DNA of 64,000 bases from an uncultured Anaerolineae bacterium (GTDB taxonomy: Bacteria; Chloroflexota; Anaerolineae; Aggregatilineales; Ch27). The stretch spans positions 21,794 through 85,793 of the forward strand of contig CAZGXI010000022.1 in NCBI GenBank assembly GCA_964529715.1, in the 5' to 3' direction. Under the pieces are notes generated by a model. It was not told the origin of the DNA. It saw nothing but the letters and a program-made list of their open reading frames with translations, and did not search any database. Each line of letters begins with the position of its first letter. Position 1 is the first letter of the stretch. This document shows positions 45,401 through 54,932 of the stretch, piece after piece. A program made the position numbers and the translations under genes.

Positions 45401-46190
45401 TCAAGTCGAAGATCTCCCGCGCCCGAACGGTCTCCCACACCGTGCCGTCGGCAGGGTTGACCAGATCAATCGTCTCGTCGGCCTCCACGCGGCGCATGAA
45501 GTCATCGGTAATGCCCACGCTGATGTTGAAGTTGGTGATCTGGCTCTCGTTGGTCTTGCAGGTGATGAACTCACGGACGTCGGGGTGATCAACTCTTAGT
45601 ACACTCATGTTAGCACCACGCCTTGACCCGCCCTGCGCCACCTCCCCGAAGGCCTGATCATAGACGCGCAGGAAGCCCACCGGACCGGTCGCCTTGCCCA
45701 TCGACGATTTGACCAGCGCGCCTTTAGGCCGCAAACGGCTGAACGAGAAGCCGTTGCCGCCGCCCGTCTGCTGAATCAGGGCCGCGTCGCGCAGGGTCTG
45801 AAAGATGCCTGACTCTGTGCGGCCCATGTCGTCGTCAATCGCAAGCACAAAACATGCAGCCAGCTGGCCCAGCGGCGTACCCGCCCCGGTGAAAGTGGGG
45901 CTATTGGGAAAGAAGCGCAGATCGCTGAGGAGATCGTAGTACACGCGCGCCCAGTGCTCCGGGTCGCCGTTCATTTCGGCTTCGGCCTGGGCGACGTGAC
46001 TCGCCACGCGCCAGAACATCTCATGGACAGTCTCGGCGGGCTTACCATCGGAACCCCGGCGCAGGTAGCGTTTGGCGAGCACCGTGCGGGCGTTCTCCGA
46101 AAGCCCCAATTCCTTCAACGGCAGGGGCGGGCCGGAACGGTTGTTTTCTGACTGCTGAACAGGCATCCGTTTCTGTTTGGTCGTCATCAC
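42411..46190 (-). CDS. nrdJ: Class II (adenosylcobalamin-dependent) ribonucleotide reductase NrdJ, interrupted by an intein
   Basis: N-extein ...LYELEATNP and C-extein [19 protein letters not shown] rebuild the TNPCGEQ active-site finger loop. There is a C-terminal Cys-rich tail CPECG...[12 protein letters not shown]. No nrdA/B or nrdD features. Confidence 0.9.
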   Translation of the reverse strand: MMTTKQKRMPVQQSENNRSGPPLPLKELGLSENARTVLAKRYLRRGSDGKPAETVHEMFWRVASHVAQAEAEMNGDPEHWARVYYDLLSDLRFFPNSPTFTGAGTPLGQLAACFVLAIDDDMGRTESGIFQTLRDAALIQQTGGGNGFSFSRLRPKGALVKSSMGKATGPVGFLRVYDQAFGEVAQGGSRRGANMSVLRVDHPDVREFITCKTNESQITNFNISVGITDDFMRRVEADETIDLVNPADGTVWETVRAREIFDLIARQAHHNGEPGVLFLDAANRTNPVPHLYELEATNPCVAGNTRIATHLGLLTIQELADRGLPLFVVTDGRAPFAGTGKPSKKALGIALRPATPAWRTRENVPVMCLTTEQGYSVTATPDHAFLTPTGYVKLHDLKPGDKLLLQGSEGAWSQNYELPNVEAMYELIETMAVSGDRASGATKQRRDFREQYANIPSHWSHDLGLVMGWLVGDGWLTRGGNGSLGIVFESDDELALVHEPMREWFGPGHVHNRSSVKQLTYACLPYEFFRSLGVKAVCAHEKCVPDSIWGAPREAVVGFLQGLFSADGTVYISEAKQDCTVRLASSAQTLLKDVQVLLGNFGIVSRVCQRREAHRKLMPDGKGGQKLYDCHAQYELIIGGANRDRFADLIGFADPRKQQRLVEFIGRKKRQTNREMYEDIILSIEDAGVADVYDLTEPYTHSFVANTIVVHNCGEQWLGPFENCCLGSVNLAKLVTDDDHVDWGALRRAVEEATRFLDDVVTANAYVPAVPQLKEAAHRVRRIGLGIMGLADMMYRLGVRYGSEEGQEFAGQIMEFVRYHAMRTSIELAKERGPFPAIKGSIYDPADLKWQPPQPLTPYRRDWGRPALDWGEIVEGIRQHGIRNGAQNTVAPTGTIATVAGCEGYGCEPVFALAYVRHVNDNGRDLELQYTSPLFERALRRAGLDEATIERVIKQVNETGTCQGIAELPAWIRHTFVVSSDVTVEEHVRMQAALQAFVDNSISKTVNMPETATVEDVKQAYRLAWELGCKGITVYVTGSREKVVLETKATQEAKGASGPAEATSAAATADLGTMPLFDEAKKPRPRALAGRTYRVNTPLGATYVTINENGKGEGQPFEVFLTASKAGSDTAAVSEALGRLISYILRLVSPISPRQRLKEIVRQLVGIGGGRATGFGPARVRSLPDGVAQMLQLYLEETEPPEADRPADAGLTVVQEPLPLPVQSQTERRIGDLCPECGQAAVVNEEGCRKCYSCGYSEC
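44055..45293 (-). mobile_element. Intein (413 aa) with a LAGLIDADG homing-endonuclease domain inside nrdJ
   Basis: Block A CVAGNTRI, block [11 protein letters not shown], two LAGLIDADG motifs ([14 protein letters not shown] and [15 protein letters not shown]), and blocks [24 protein letters not shown] followed by the +1 Cys. The segment is visibly AT-richer than the exteins. Confidence 0.85.
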
Positions 46191-46303
46191 CCACTCCTTA
46201 GAATAGAATCAATACACTATCCCGACGATCAGGCGCATTCACAGACGCCTGGTTGCCCGGAAACAGCCTTAGTTAGAGCAGACAGGTGATCCCGAAGGAT
46301 CGG

Positions 46304-46789
46304 TCAGTGATCCCCGGTGCTTGTGTTTCCCTGCGCGCCCAGCAGCTTATCGATTTCTGCCCGGACGCTGTGCAGGTTGTCCAGCCGCAAATAAACGATG
46401 GCATAGCGGATGTAGGCGATCACATCGAGTTCTTTGAGGCCCTCGATCACCATATCGCCCACGACCCGGCTAGAAACTTCCGCCCGGCCCATCCGCTGCA
46501 AATTGGTCTCGATCTGGTCGGCCAGCCGCTCGATGTCTGCGGCAGCTACCGGACGCTTGGCGCAAGCGATCCGAATACCGCGTATGAGCTTGTCACGGTC
46601 GAACGCCTCACGCTCGCCCCCGGCCTTGATCAGAATCGGGGTTGCCAGGATGGCGCGCTCGTAAGTGCTGAACCGCTCGCCACACTGCTTACATTCGCGC
46701 CGCCGCCGCGTGCCGCCGCGTGTGTCGTGACTGGTGTCGATCACACGTGTGGCTTTCTCACCTTCAACGCCGCAGTACGGGCACTTCAT
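46304..46789 (-). CDS. nrdR: Transcriptional repressor NrdR
   Basis: MKCPYCG...CKQCGERFSTYE zinc ribbon plus an ATP-cone (REAFDRDKLIRGIRIACAKRP...). Confidence 0.95.
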   Translation of the reverse strand: MKCPYCGVEGEKATRVIDTSHDTRGGTRRRRECKQCGERFSTYERAILATPILIKAGGEREAFDRDKLIRGIRIACAKRPVAAADIERLADQIETNLQRMGRAEVSSRVVGDMVIEGLKELDVIAYIRYAIVYLRLDNLHSVRAEIDKLLGAQGNTSTGDH

Positions 46790-46872
46790 GGCTGTTTTCC
46801 TTTGTTAGACTGCTGACCACTGCTCACCAAACCCCATTTCTGTGCAGCACATTTACCTGCGACGACGCCGAT

Positions 46873-46919
46873 CCCCTATATATGGGGGTAATTGGACCAA
46901 CACACCCCATATCTGGCGG
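46873..46919. promoter_or_regulatory. Two NrdR-box-like palindromes spaced 31 bp centre to centre
   Basis: Box 1 CCCCTATATATGGGG (46873-46887). Box 2 ACCCCATATCTGGCGG (46904-46919). Both fit the core of the published NrdR box (acaCwAtATaTwGtgt) and lie between the candidate promoter and the nrdR start. Confidence 0.55.
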
Positions 46920-46934
46920 ATGCGAGGGAGCATC

Positions 46935-46963
46935 ACTATAGCATGGTTGTTCGCACAGCACAA
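46935..46963 (-). promoter_or_regulatory. Candidate promoter of the nrdR-nrdJ unit
   Basis: Minus strand TTGTGC (46963-46958), a 17-nt spacer ending in TGC, then TATAGT (46940-46935). This is an extended -10. An AT-rich tract lies upstream. Confidence 0.45.
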
Positions 46964-47071
46964 GCAAAAACAGGCTGTTTTAGATTAAAAAATCACGGAG
47001 ATTGCAGGGTTTTTTAAAAATCACCGGGGAACAGCGATTGTGGAAAGACAACACAAGCATCCATGCGGGTG

Positions 47072-47121
47072 ACAGACAAGACTTCCCATCCCGGCGCGCA
47101 GGCCCACAGCCGAGATGGGAA
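47072..47121 (-). terminator. Candidate terminator hairpin after ftsZ
   Basis: Minus strand CTTCCCATCTCGGC-loop-GCCGGGATGGGAAG, a stem of about 14 bp with one wobble pair, followed by TCTTGTCTGT. Confidence 0.4.
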
Positions 47122-47158
47122 GCAATCGAACAAAACCAAGGGGGAGGGCAGCCCAGGT

Positions 47159-48307
47159 TTAGCGTTTGCGCAAAAACGTCGGGATATCGATGTTTTCGCT
47201 GTCGTAGACCTTATAATCACGGGACTGCTGGCCCTGCTGCGGCTCTCCGGTCATGCCGCTCCCCGGCTGCACCGGGCGGCGCTGTGGCTGCGGCTGCTGC
47301 ACGGGCCGCCCCGGCACCATCTGGCCGGTTTCCACCTGCCGCCGGGCCACACGGCTCTGCTCAAAGCCGGTGGCGATGACCGTGATCCGCACCGTGTCGC
47401 CGATATTCGGGTCAATGACCGCGCCGAAGATCAGATTCACGTCTGGGTGGGCGGTATCCTTGATGATGGCTGCCGCCTCATTGACCTCAAACAGGCTCAG
47501 GTCGGGGCCGCCGGTCACATTGAACAGGATGCCGCGCGCGCCGTCAATGGTCACGTCCAGCAGTTGGCTGCTGATCGCCGCCTCGGCAGCCTTACGGGCG
47601 CGATCCTCGCCCGACGCCTGTCCGACGGCCATCAGCGCCGCCCCGCCCTCCGACATGATGGTGCGCACGTCGGCAAAGTCCAGATTGATCAGGCCGGGCA
47701 CGGTGATCAGCTCCGAAATGCCCTGGATACCCTGACGCAGCACATCATCGGCCACGCGGAAGGCATCTTGCAAGCTGGAGCGTTTGTCGGCGATTTGCAG
47801 CAGGCGGTCGTTTGGAATCACAATCAGCGTATCGACCTGGTTCTTGAGCGCCTCAATACCCGCCTCTGCCGAGTCCTGGCGGCGTTTCCCCTCGAAAGTA
47901 AAGGGCCTGGTAACGACGCCGATGGTCAGGGCACTGAGTTCCTTAGCGATCTGGGCCACAATGGGCGCTGCGCCCGTGCCCGTGCCGCCGCCCATGCCGC
48001 AGGTGATAAAGACCATGTCTGCGCCGCGCAGCACCTCATACAGTTCGTCAGAGCTTTCCTCGGCAGCCTTCCTGCCGATTTCCGGGTTGCCGCCCGCGCC
48101 GAGTCCACGCGTCAGCTTATCCCCGATACGGACGCGCGTTTTGGCCTGCGACAGCATTAACGCCTGAGCGTCGGTATTGATCGAGATAAAATCGACACCG
48201 CCCATGCCCTCTTCGATCATCCGGTTGATGGCATTACCGCCGCCACCACCGACACCAACCACTTTAATCTGTGCGAAGTTTTCACCTGGTGAAACGTCTG
48301 TAGTCAT
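47159..48307 (-). CDS. ftsZ: Cell division GTPase FtsZ
   Basis: [32 protein letters not shown] and the C-terminal peptide DIPTFLRKR. Start at ATG 48307 (SD GGGGAGGGA). Confidence 0.95.
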   Translation of the reverse strand: MTTDVSPGENFAQIKVVGVGGGGGNAINRMIEEGMGGVDFISINTDAQALMLSQAKTRVRIGDKLTRGLGAGGNPEIGRKAAEESSDELYEVLRGADMVFITCGMGGGTGTGAAPIVAQIAKELSALTIGVVTRPFTFEGKRRQDSAEAGIEALKNQVDTLIVIPNDRLLQIADKRSSLQDAFRVADDVLRQGIQGISELITVPGLINLDFADVRTIMSEGGAALMAVGQASGEDRARKAAEAAISSQLLDVTIDGARGILFNVTGGPDLSLFEVNEAAAIIKDTAHPDVNLIFGAVIDPNIGDTVRITVIATGFEQSRVARRQVETGQMVPGRPVQQPQPQRRPVQPGSGMTGEPQQGQQSRDYKVYDSENIDIPTFLRKR

Positions 48308-48468
48308 CCTGTCCCTCCCCGTATGGTCTGAGAGCAAGCCTGTCTTTTGCCAGAAACGGGCTGGCCTGCGCGTTGCTGACTCCTGCGGCTATTCTACGCG
48401 CAAAGTCTAAACCCCAAAAATGCGCAAGTTCTAAAATCCTAACGCCTCTATCCCCAATCTATATCCCC

Positions 48469-49728
48469 TCAATGATTCTCTTCTTCCGGCAAAAAACGTC
48501 GGAACAAGCCGCCCAACGTCCGGCCCAGCCGAAACCCCTCGTTCGGCCCACGCCCCTTACTGACCGGTCCACCGGGCCGCCGCTGTTCTTCCAGGTCTAA
48601 GGCCAGTCCCAGGCGCAGCAGTCCCACGCTGGTACTGAACATCGGGCTGCGCAGCAGATCGGCCATGCCGCTCACCTTTTCCGGTTGCGCCACGCGCACC
48701 GGCATCCGCATGACGCCAGAGGCCACCTGTCGGATGCCCGGCAGCAGCGCCGTCCCGCCGGTCAGCACTACGCCTGCCGGAAGCAACCCATCGTAGCCGG
48801 AACGCTTGACTTCTTGCAACACCAACTCGAACATCTCTTCTACACGCGCCTCGATGATCAAGGCCAGATCACGGCGCAGCACCTTGCTGGGAAATTCCTC
48901 CCCAAACGGTTGCACCGGGAACGCCTCCAGCGCGTCCACCTCGCGGGCAACGGCATGGCCGTATTCCACCTTGACCGCCTCTGCCAGATCGAAAGGCAGG
49001 CGCAGGCCGTGCGCCACATCGTTGCTGATATGCCAGCCGCCCACCGGCAGGATGGCCGTATGCCACACCGTCCCCTCGATAAACACCGCCAGATCGGTCG
49101 TGCCGCCGCCGATGTCCACCACCAGCACGCCCATCTGCTGTTCGGTCGGCGTCAGCACCACGTCGCCGGAGGCCAGCGGGTTCAAGATAAAGCGATCCAC
49201 GTATACGCCGGTCGCCTCGACACACTTTTCCAGGTTTTGCACCGTCGTCGCCGAGGCGGTGATAATGTGCGCCTCGACTTCCAGCCGGAAGCCATGCATC
49301 CCCAGCGGGCTTTTGACGCCGTCCATCCCGTCCAGGCTATACGTGCGAGGGATGACGTGCAACACCTCGCGGTTGTGCGGGATGGCGATGGCCCGCGCGT
49401 TTTCCATCGCCCGCTCCATGTCTTCGATCTGCACACCGTGCGTGCCCGAAAGCCCAGCCACGCCCCGGCTATTGATCGAGGAGATATGGCTGCCTGCCAG
49501 GCTGACAAAGGCGCGCCCGATCTCGTAGCCGCTGCTGCGCTCGGCCTTGTGCACGGCAGAGGAGATCGAGGCCGTCAAGGCGTTCATATCGGTCACGATG
49601 CCTTTTTGCATCCCGTGACTCGGTTCCAGGCCCAGCCCGACGACGTAAATATCTTCCTCCCGCACCTCACCCACGATGCAGCAGACTTTGGTCGTGCCGA
49701 CGTCGATCCCGACAACCAGTTCGCCCAT
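48469..49728 (-). CDS. ftsA: Cell division protein FtsA
   Basis: Actin-fold motifs VGIDVGTTKVCCIVG, VVDIGGGTTDLAVF and VVLTGGTALLPG. Position upstream of ftsZ. Confidence 0.9.
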   Translation of the reverse strand: MGELVVGIDVGTTKVCCIVGEVREEDIYVVGLGLEPSHGMQKGIVTDMNALTASISSAVHKAERSSGYEIGRAFVSLAGSHISSINSRGVAGLSGTHGVQIEDMERAMENARAIAIPHNREVLHVIPRTYSLDGMDGVKSPLGMHGFRLEVEAHIITASATTVQNLEKCVEATGVYVDRFILNPLASGDVVLTPTEQQMGVLVVDIGGGTTDLAVFIEGTVWHTAILPVGGWHISNDVAHGLRLPFDLAEAVKVEYGHAVAREVDALEAFPVQPFGEEFPSKVLRRDLALIIEARVEEMFELVLQEVKRSGYDGLLPAGVVLTGGTALLPGIRQVASGVMRMPVRVAQPEKVSGMADLLRSPMFSTSVGLLRLGLALDLEEQRRPGGPVSKGRGPNEGFRLGRTLGGLFRRFLPEEENH

Positions 49729-49736
49729 GCCCGTCG

Positions 49737-50717
49737 CTACTCGGTCTCCCCGGCGGGAGCGGCTTCAGTCGCCTCATCGCGCCCCCACCAGACTTTGTAA
49801 TAAGGTGCATCGACGTTACCCACGTCGATGAATTCTGGATAAATGCCCCGCGCCTGCAAGTCAGCGGCCAGGGCATTGTACATGTTCATCTTGGCAGCCA
49901 TATCCGTCCCGGTGCCGAACCAGACCAGCCAGCCGCCCACATCTCGAAAACCCAATCCCTCCACCGGGCGGTAGAGCAACGCCTCGATGTTAGGATAGAG
50001 TCTCCGAAGCTGCAAAGCGCCGTCCACCACCTCCTGCGGGATGATCACGTTCGCTCCGACCGGATCGTCTACCCCTTCTACCACCACGCGGACCAGTCCT
50101 TCCAGGTCGGTGCGTTGTGGCATCACCCGGCCCCGCACATCGATCCAGGTGCGCACGCCCGCCTGCTCCCAGATGAGCGCCGGTTCGCGCTCCTGCACCT
50201 GTATCTGCACCAGGTGCGGGGGCCAGCCGACCGACACCTCCACCGCGCCTACGCTCGACGAACGCCTGATCGCCGCCTCGACATCCGCCGGATCGACCCA
50301 GAACAGATGCATGTTGGCAATCCCGCTCAGGGCGAACACTTCCTCCGCCGTCAGATGATGCAGCCCGCCGACCTCGACATGGTTCACATAGAAGGCATCG
50401 GCCTGAAAAAACAGGAACAGCACCACCAGCAAGCTGAACAGGATCACCGCGCTCAACATCCGCGCCGACAGCATCAGGTCGAACTGGTCCGAGCGCGACT
50501 GGATCATCGTCTCCGGGGGCGACACGGCGCGCTGGCTCTTGCCCCGCGCCTTGCTGCGGCGGGGAGATGGAACGGGCGCTTCGCCCGCTGCCGGACGCGG
50601 ACGGACCACCGGCTGTGCGACCTTCTCCCGCTGGCCAGGTGCAGCCACATGGGACGACACAACTTTGTCCCGCCGTCGCCGTCGGCGCGTGGTGGCCGTT
50701 TCGGAAGATGCCGCCAT
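49737..50717 (-). CDS. ftsQ: Cell division protein FtsQ/DivIB
   Basis: Basic N-terminal tail, one TM helix (MLSAVILFSLLVVLFLFF), and a POTRA domain FYVNHVEVGGLHHLTAEEVFALSG. The start (ATG 50717) is uncertain. Confidence 0.7.
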   Translation of the reverse strand: MAASSETATTRRRRRRDKVVSSHVAAPGQREKVAQPVVRPRPAAGEAPVPSPRRSKARGKSQRAVSPPETMIQSRSDQFDLMLSARMLSAVILFSLLVVLFLFFQADAFYVNHVEVGGLHHLTAEEVFALSGIANMHLFWVDPADVEAAIRRSSSVGAVEVSVGWPPHLVQIQVQEREPALIWEQAGVRTWIDVRGRVMPQRTDLEGLVRVVVEGVDDPVGANVIIPQEVVDGALQLRRLYPNIEALLYRPVEGLGFRDVGGWLVWFGTGTDMAAKMNMYNALAADLQARGIYPEFIDVGNVDAPYYKVWWGRDEATEAAPAGETE

Positions 50718-50851
50718 GCCGTTTCCCCGATACGTGTGCTGTCGTGTTCGGATGACTACAGTTTCCCACAAAACCCACTATATGCCAACAAGTCATTGCT
50801 GTCCAACGGACCTTTTCGCTATTTAGGTTTGAAAAGCGAAACGGTCGCGGA

Positions 50852-51790
50852 TCAAATCAGTTCAATTTCGAGTTCGAGGGCCACACCGAATTGCGTCTGC
50901 ACGGTCTCCTGCGCCAACCGGATCAGCGCAAGATAGTCCGAGGCCGTGCCACCGCCCGTATTGACGAAGAAATTGGCGTGCACAGGGGAAATCTGCACGC
51001 CGCCGATCTGCCTACCCTTGAGGCCCGCCGCCTCGATCAGGCGGCCCGCGTAATCGCCGGGGGGATTCTTGAACATACTGCCCAAACTCGCGCCGGGTGG
51101 CTGAGTGCGCCTGCGGTGGGCAATGTACTCGTCCGCTTTGACCTGGAGCGCCGCCGGGTCTGCGCCGGGAGTGAGAATCAGCGTCGCGCCGGCCACAACG
51201 AACCGCTCTCTGCGGCCCTTGAGCGCCGACGCGCGGTAGGCATATTGCATCTGCTCGGCGGGCCAGACTTCCTTAACTGCCCCCTCTTCGTATACAGAGA
51301 GAGGATCAAGGGATGAGGTTTGACCAGGAAAGTACAATGTCACGTCGCGTAGGTTGTGCGCCATGTCGCCGCCATGTGCGCCGGCGTTATTGATGACCGC
51401 GCCGCCGACCGTACCGGGGATGTTCACCGCCCATTCCAGCCCGGCCAGACCACGCCGGATGCAGCGCCGCGCCAGCGCGCCGAGATTCGCGCCACTTTCC
51501 GCCCGGACCAGCCCATCTTTGCCGAACGTGACACGCCCCGCCCGGTTAACAATAACCAGGCCGCGAAAACCTGCGTCGGAGACGAGCACGTTCGCCCCGC
51601 CGCCGAGGATGCGATAAGGCAGCTCCAGTTCCCAGGCACAAAAAACCATCGCCAGCAAATCGCGCAGCGTCCGCGCGACGATCAACGCATCCGCCGGGCC
51701 GCCCAGCCGCGCTGCCGTGTGGCGGGCCAGCGGTTCATCCCGCCGCAGCGCCGCCCCAAACCGCTTTTCCAATTCCCCATAACCGGCCAT
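50852..51790 (-). CDS. murB: UDP-N-acetylenolpyruvoylglucosamine reductase MurB
   Basis: [37 protein letters not shown] and GSMFKNP. Start taken at ATG 51790. The alternative at 51895 would overlap murC by 17 nt. Confidence 0.85.
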   Translation of the reverse strand: MAGYGELEKRFGAALRRDEPLARHTAARLGGPADALIVARTLRDLLAMVFCAWELELPYRILGGGANVLVSDAGFRGLVIVNRAGRVTFGKDGLVRAESGANLGALARRCIRRGLAGLEWAVNIPGTVGGAVINNAGAHGGDMAHNLRDVTLYFPGQTSSLDPLSVYEEGAVKEVWPAEQMQYAYRASALKGRRERFVVAGATLILTPGADPAALQVKADEYIAHRRRTQPPGASLGSMFKNPPGDYAGRLIEAAGLKGRQIGGVQISPVHANFFVNTGGGTASDYLALIRLAQETVQTQFGVALELEIELI

Positions 51791-51878
51791 CGGCTTCAAG
51801 ACCTCACACCGCCAAGATCGCACAGGACGCCGAGACAAACCAAGAATCTTCGTGCCCTTTGCGTTCTTTGCGGTGAGA

Positions 51879-53285
51879 TCACTTTTTCTTTTCAAGACTC
51901 GTCAGGAGCATTTCGCCGATGCGCGGGCCATCCCCGGCGCTGAGGATGATCACTACATCGCCCGGTTTGACACCCGCCTCCAACGCCGTCACCGCGTCTT
52001 CCAGGCCAGGCGTGTGGCGCACATCAGGATGCTCAATCTCCGCCACAAGGTCCGCCACACCTGGCTCGCCCGCGAACGCCGCCGCCGACTCTCGTGCGCC
52101 GTAAACGTCAGTGATCAACACGTGATCCGCGTTTTCCGGCAGAAAAGCCCCCGCAAAGCCTTCCCACAGCGCCCGCAGCCGGGAATAGGTATGCGGTTGC
52201 CACACCGCCCAGATACCCGCGCGGGGATAGCGCCCCCGCGCCGCCGCCAGTGTTGCACGGATGGCGGTAGGGTGATGGGCGTAATCATCAATGACGGTCA
52301 CACCGCCCGCCTGTCCACGGACATCGAAGCGCCGTTGTGCCCCGGTAAATGTCGCCAGCGCCGCCAACGCCGGTCCGAGCGGCACACCCAACCGATCCAT
52401 GACGATCAGGGCCGCCAGCGCGTTCTGCACATTGTGCAAGCCCGGCGCACGCAGCATCACACGCCCCAACTCCACCCGGCCCGTCTCATACCAGAGGGTG
52501 AAGTTCATCCCGCCCAGGTGGTTCGGCTGCCAGTCTCGCCCCTGCCAATCGGCAGCGGCGTTATACACACCGTAACTGATCGTGGGCAAATTCTGGACGC
52601 GGCGGTTGTTACCCAGCGTGAAAGCCGCCGGGTCGTCGGCGCAGGTAACCAGCAGCCCTTCCGGCGGCAACCGGAGGGCAAATTCGTTGAAAGCGTGCAC
52701 AACGGCAGCCATCGAAGGGAATAGGTCCGGGTGATCGTGTTCGACATTGGTGATCACGGCGACCTGAGGGCGCAGGCCCAAGAACATGTTGTCATATTCG
52801 TCGGCCTCGATGACGAATGCCTCGCCCCGCCCCACGCCGGCGTTGCTGCCCGTGCTCGGCACCACGCCGCCGACGATATACGTCGGATCGCGGCCTGTTT
52901 CGATCAACATGTGAACGATCATGGCCGTGGTCGTCGTCTTACCGTGCGTCCCGGCGACCGCCACGCCCGTGTAACCCATCATCAACTGGCCGAGGATGTC
53001 TGCCCGCTTGTAAACCGGAATACGCGCCCGCCGCGCCGCTACGACCTCCACATTATCCGGCGGGATGGCCGAGGAGATGATCACCAATTCTGCGTCGCCG
53101 ACATTGGCCGGGTCATGCCCCTGGTGGATCGTCGCGCCTTCTTTCGCCAGCGCCTCCGTCAGGGCATTTGCCTGCTGATCGGACCCCGAAACCGTATAGC
53201 CCTGTAACAGCATCACACGGGCAATGGCCGAAATCCCCACCCCGCCGATGCCGATAAAGTGAACCCGCTGTCCTGGAACCAACAT
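51879..53285 (-). CDS. murC: UDP-N-acetylmuramate--L-alanine ligase MurC
   Basis: VHFIGIGGVGISAIA, VAGTHGKTTTTAMI, NVEHDHPD and DDYAHHPTAI. Confidence 0.9.
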   Translation of the reverse strand: MLVPGQRVHFIGIGGVGISAIARVMLLQGYTVSGSDQQANALTEALAKEGATIHQGHDPANVGDAELVIISSAIPPDNVEVVAARRARIPVYKRADILGQLMMGYTGVAVAGTHGKTTTTAMIVHMLIETGRDPTYIVGGVVPSTGSNAGVGRGEAFVIEADEYDNMFLGLRPQVAVITNVEHDHPDLFPSMAAVVHAFNEFALRLPPEGLLVTCADDPAAFTLGNNRRVQNLPTISYGVYNAAADWQGRDWQPNHLGGMNFTLWYETGRVELGRVMLRAPGLHNVQNALAALIVMDRLGVPLGPALAALATFTGAQRRFDVRGQAGGVTVIDDYAHHPTAIRATLAAARGRYPRAGIWAVWQPHTYSRLRALWEGFAGAFLPENADHVLITDVYGARESAAAFAGEPGVADLVAEIEHPDVRHTPGLEDAVTALEAGVKPGDVVIILSAGDGPRIGEMLLTSLEKKK

Positions 53286-53292
53286 GTGGCGC

Positions 53293-53823
53293 TCAGATCA
53301 TCACGACAATGACAAAGAGAAACAGCACCACGACCATCAGCGTCAGCAGGTTGCCTTCCAGCATCCAGACCAGCGGAAGCTGCCCGACCATCGCGGCGCT
53401 GGGCGACCCCAACGGCGGGGCCGAAACATAGGGGCTAAGCGGATAGCCCAGATTGTCCATGTAATACCATAGCGAACCGAACAACAGGTAGCCGTTGAAG
53501 CCGCCGAGCAGCGCGCCCAACAACCCTTCTTGAAAACCCTCACGCCCCCCTTTGTGACGCTGGGTGCGCTTCTCCAGACTTTCTGGCGTCTGATAGGCAA
53601 AAAAGGCGATAACGAGCAGGATACCGCCGTACAGGTAAAACTGCTGTGCGGGTGCAGCCCCAGCAGTCAACGGAGCCAACAGCACATCTTTAAACTGTTC
53701 GAGCGAAAAGATCGCCAGGACGAGGCCGGTCAGGGCGATGATCTCTTTGGTCCAGCCCCGCATAAAACCGATCAGGCCGAACATCACAATCATGAACCAC
53801 AAAAAACTGGATAGCTGTATCAT
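53293..53823 (-). CDS. cvpA: CvpA-family membrane protein
   Basis: A 4-TM protein whose N-terminus FGLIGFMRGWTKEIIALTGLVLAIF fits the CvpA pattern (G..RG...E). Confidence 0.55.
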   Translation of the reverse strand: MIQLSSFLWFMIVMFGLIGFMRGWTKEIIALTGLVLAIFSLEQFKDVLLAPLTAGAAPAQQFYLYGGILLVIAFFAYQTPESLEKRTQRHKGGREGFQEGLLGALLGGFNGYLLFGSLWYYMDNLGYPLSPYVSAPPLGSPSAAMVGQLPLVWMLEGNLLTLMVVVLFLFVIVVMI

Positions 53824-54932
53824 GACGCCTCCAACGCCACCAAGCGGGCGATGTTCCGCGCGCCGTCTGGACGGGCCAACGCCCTGGCACTCGCGGCCAT
53901 CCGCCGCAATGCCGCCGGATCGGTCAGCAGCCGTCGGATCGCCGGATAAAGGGTCTCGTTCAACGCGCCGTCGTCCAACTGCACCGCTGCCCCGCGCGCC
54001 ACCAGGTAATCGGCGTTGATCCGTTGATACCGCCAGGCGTAAGGGTAAGGCACCAAAATGGCGGGCAACCCGAACAGCGGATACTCGCCCAGTGTGCTGG
54101 CTCCTGCCCGGCTCACGATCAGATCTGCCGTCGCCAACGCCAAGCCCATCTCGTCGTGCAGGTAGGCAAAGGCATGATAATCGGCCTGCTGGTCGGCTGT
54201 CAACTTTTCGCGCGCTGCCTGCACCTCTGGCCAGTCCAACTCGCCGCTGACGTGGATCACCTGTACTCCATCCGCCAGCAGCAGCGGCAGGATCGCCAAC
54301 AGCGCCCGATTGATATTGCGCGCGCCCCGGCTGCCGCCGGACACCAGCAGCGTCTGCCGCGCCGGGTCCAGTCCAAAGTACCCTCTGCCCTGTTCGCCCG
54401 TAGCTTCCAGCACCGCCCGGCGCACCGGATAACCGGTCGCTACCACATTGCCAGGGCGAAAATAGGCCGCCGTATCACCCGTCGTAGCCGCCACCCGGCA
54501 CGCCAACCGCCCAACCAGTTTGAGTACCCAGCCTGGCTCAATGTCGGGCACAAATACCAGGAGCGGCACACGCCAGACCCACGCCGCCACGCCGACCGGC
54601 AGGCTGGCCCAACCGCCGGTGAGAAACACCCGGTCTGGGCGGTAGCGTCGGATCAGGTTCCACGCCTGGACAAAACCGATCCCCAGTCGCGCGATGCTAG
54701 ATACCATACGGCGCGGCCCAACCCCATGCACCGGCCCGCCCTGGACCGCCGCTGTCGCCAGCCAACGCACCCCGCTGCGCGCGGCCATGCCCGCCTCCAT
54801 CCCGCCGGCGCTGCCGACAAAGATCAGGTCCGGTGGAGCAAAGGCTGCATCACCGGCCTGGAGTGCTTCCGCTACGGCGAACGCGGGGTACACTCCGCCC
54901 CCCGTCCCCCCGGCTGAGATCATAACTCTCAT
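53820..54932 (-). CDS. murG: Lipid II synthase MurG (undecaprenyldiphospho-muramoylpentapeptide beta-N-acetylglucosaminyltransferase)
   Basis: ISAGGTGGGVYPAFAVAEAL G-loop, LLVSGGSRGARNIN, and ADLIVSRAGASTLGE. Start at ATG 54932. Confidence 0.85.
   Translation of the reverse strand: MRVMISAGGTGGGVYPAFAVAEALQAGDAAFAPPDLIFVGSAGGMEAGMAARSGVRWLATAAVQGGPVHGVGPRRMVSSIARLGIGFVQAWNLIRRYRPDRVFLTGGWASLPVGVAAWVWRVPLLVFVPDIEPGWVLKLVGRLACRVAATTGDTAAYFRPGNVVATGYPVRRAVLEATGEQGRGYFGLDPARQTLLVSGGSRGARNINRALLAILPLLLADGVQVIHVSGELDWPEVQAAREKLTADQQADYHAFAYLHDEMGLALATADLIVSRAGASTLGEYPLFGLPAILVPYPYAWRYQRINADYLVARGAAVQLDDGALNETLYPAIRRLLTDPAALRRMAASARALARPDGARNIARLVALEAS

Noticed and set aside
46191-46303. Cobalamin riboswitch or extra NrdR box in the nrdR-nrdJ spacer
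   Set aside because: At 113 nt it is too short for a B12 riboswitch, and I see no B12-box-like sequence. Only a weak ACACTAT half-site and a small CAGGCG...CGCCTG hairpin are present.
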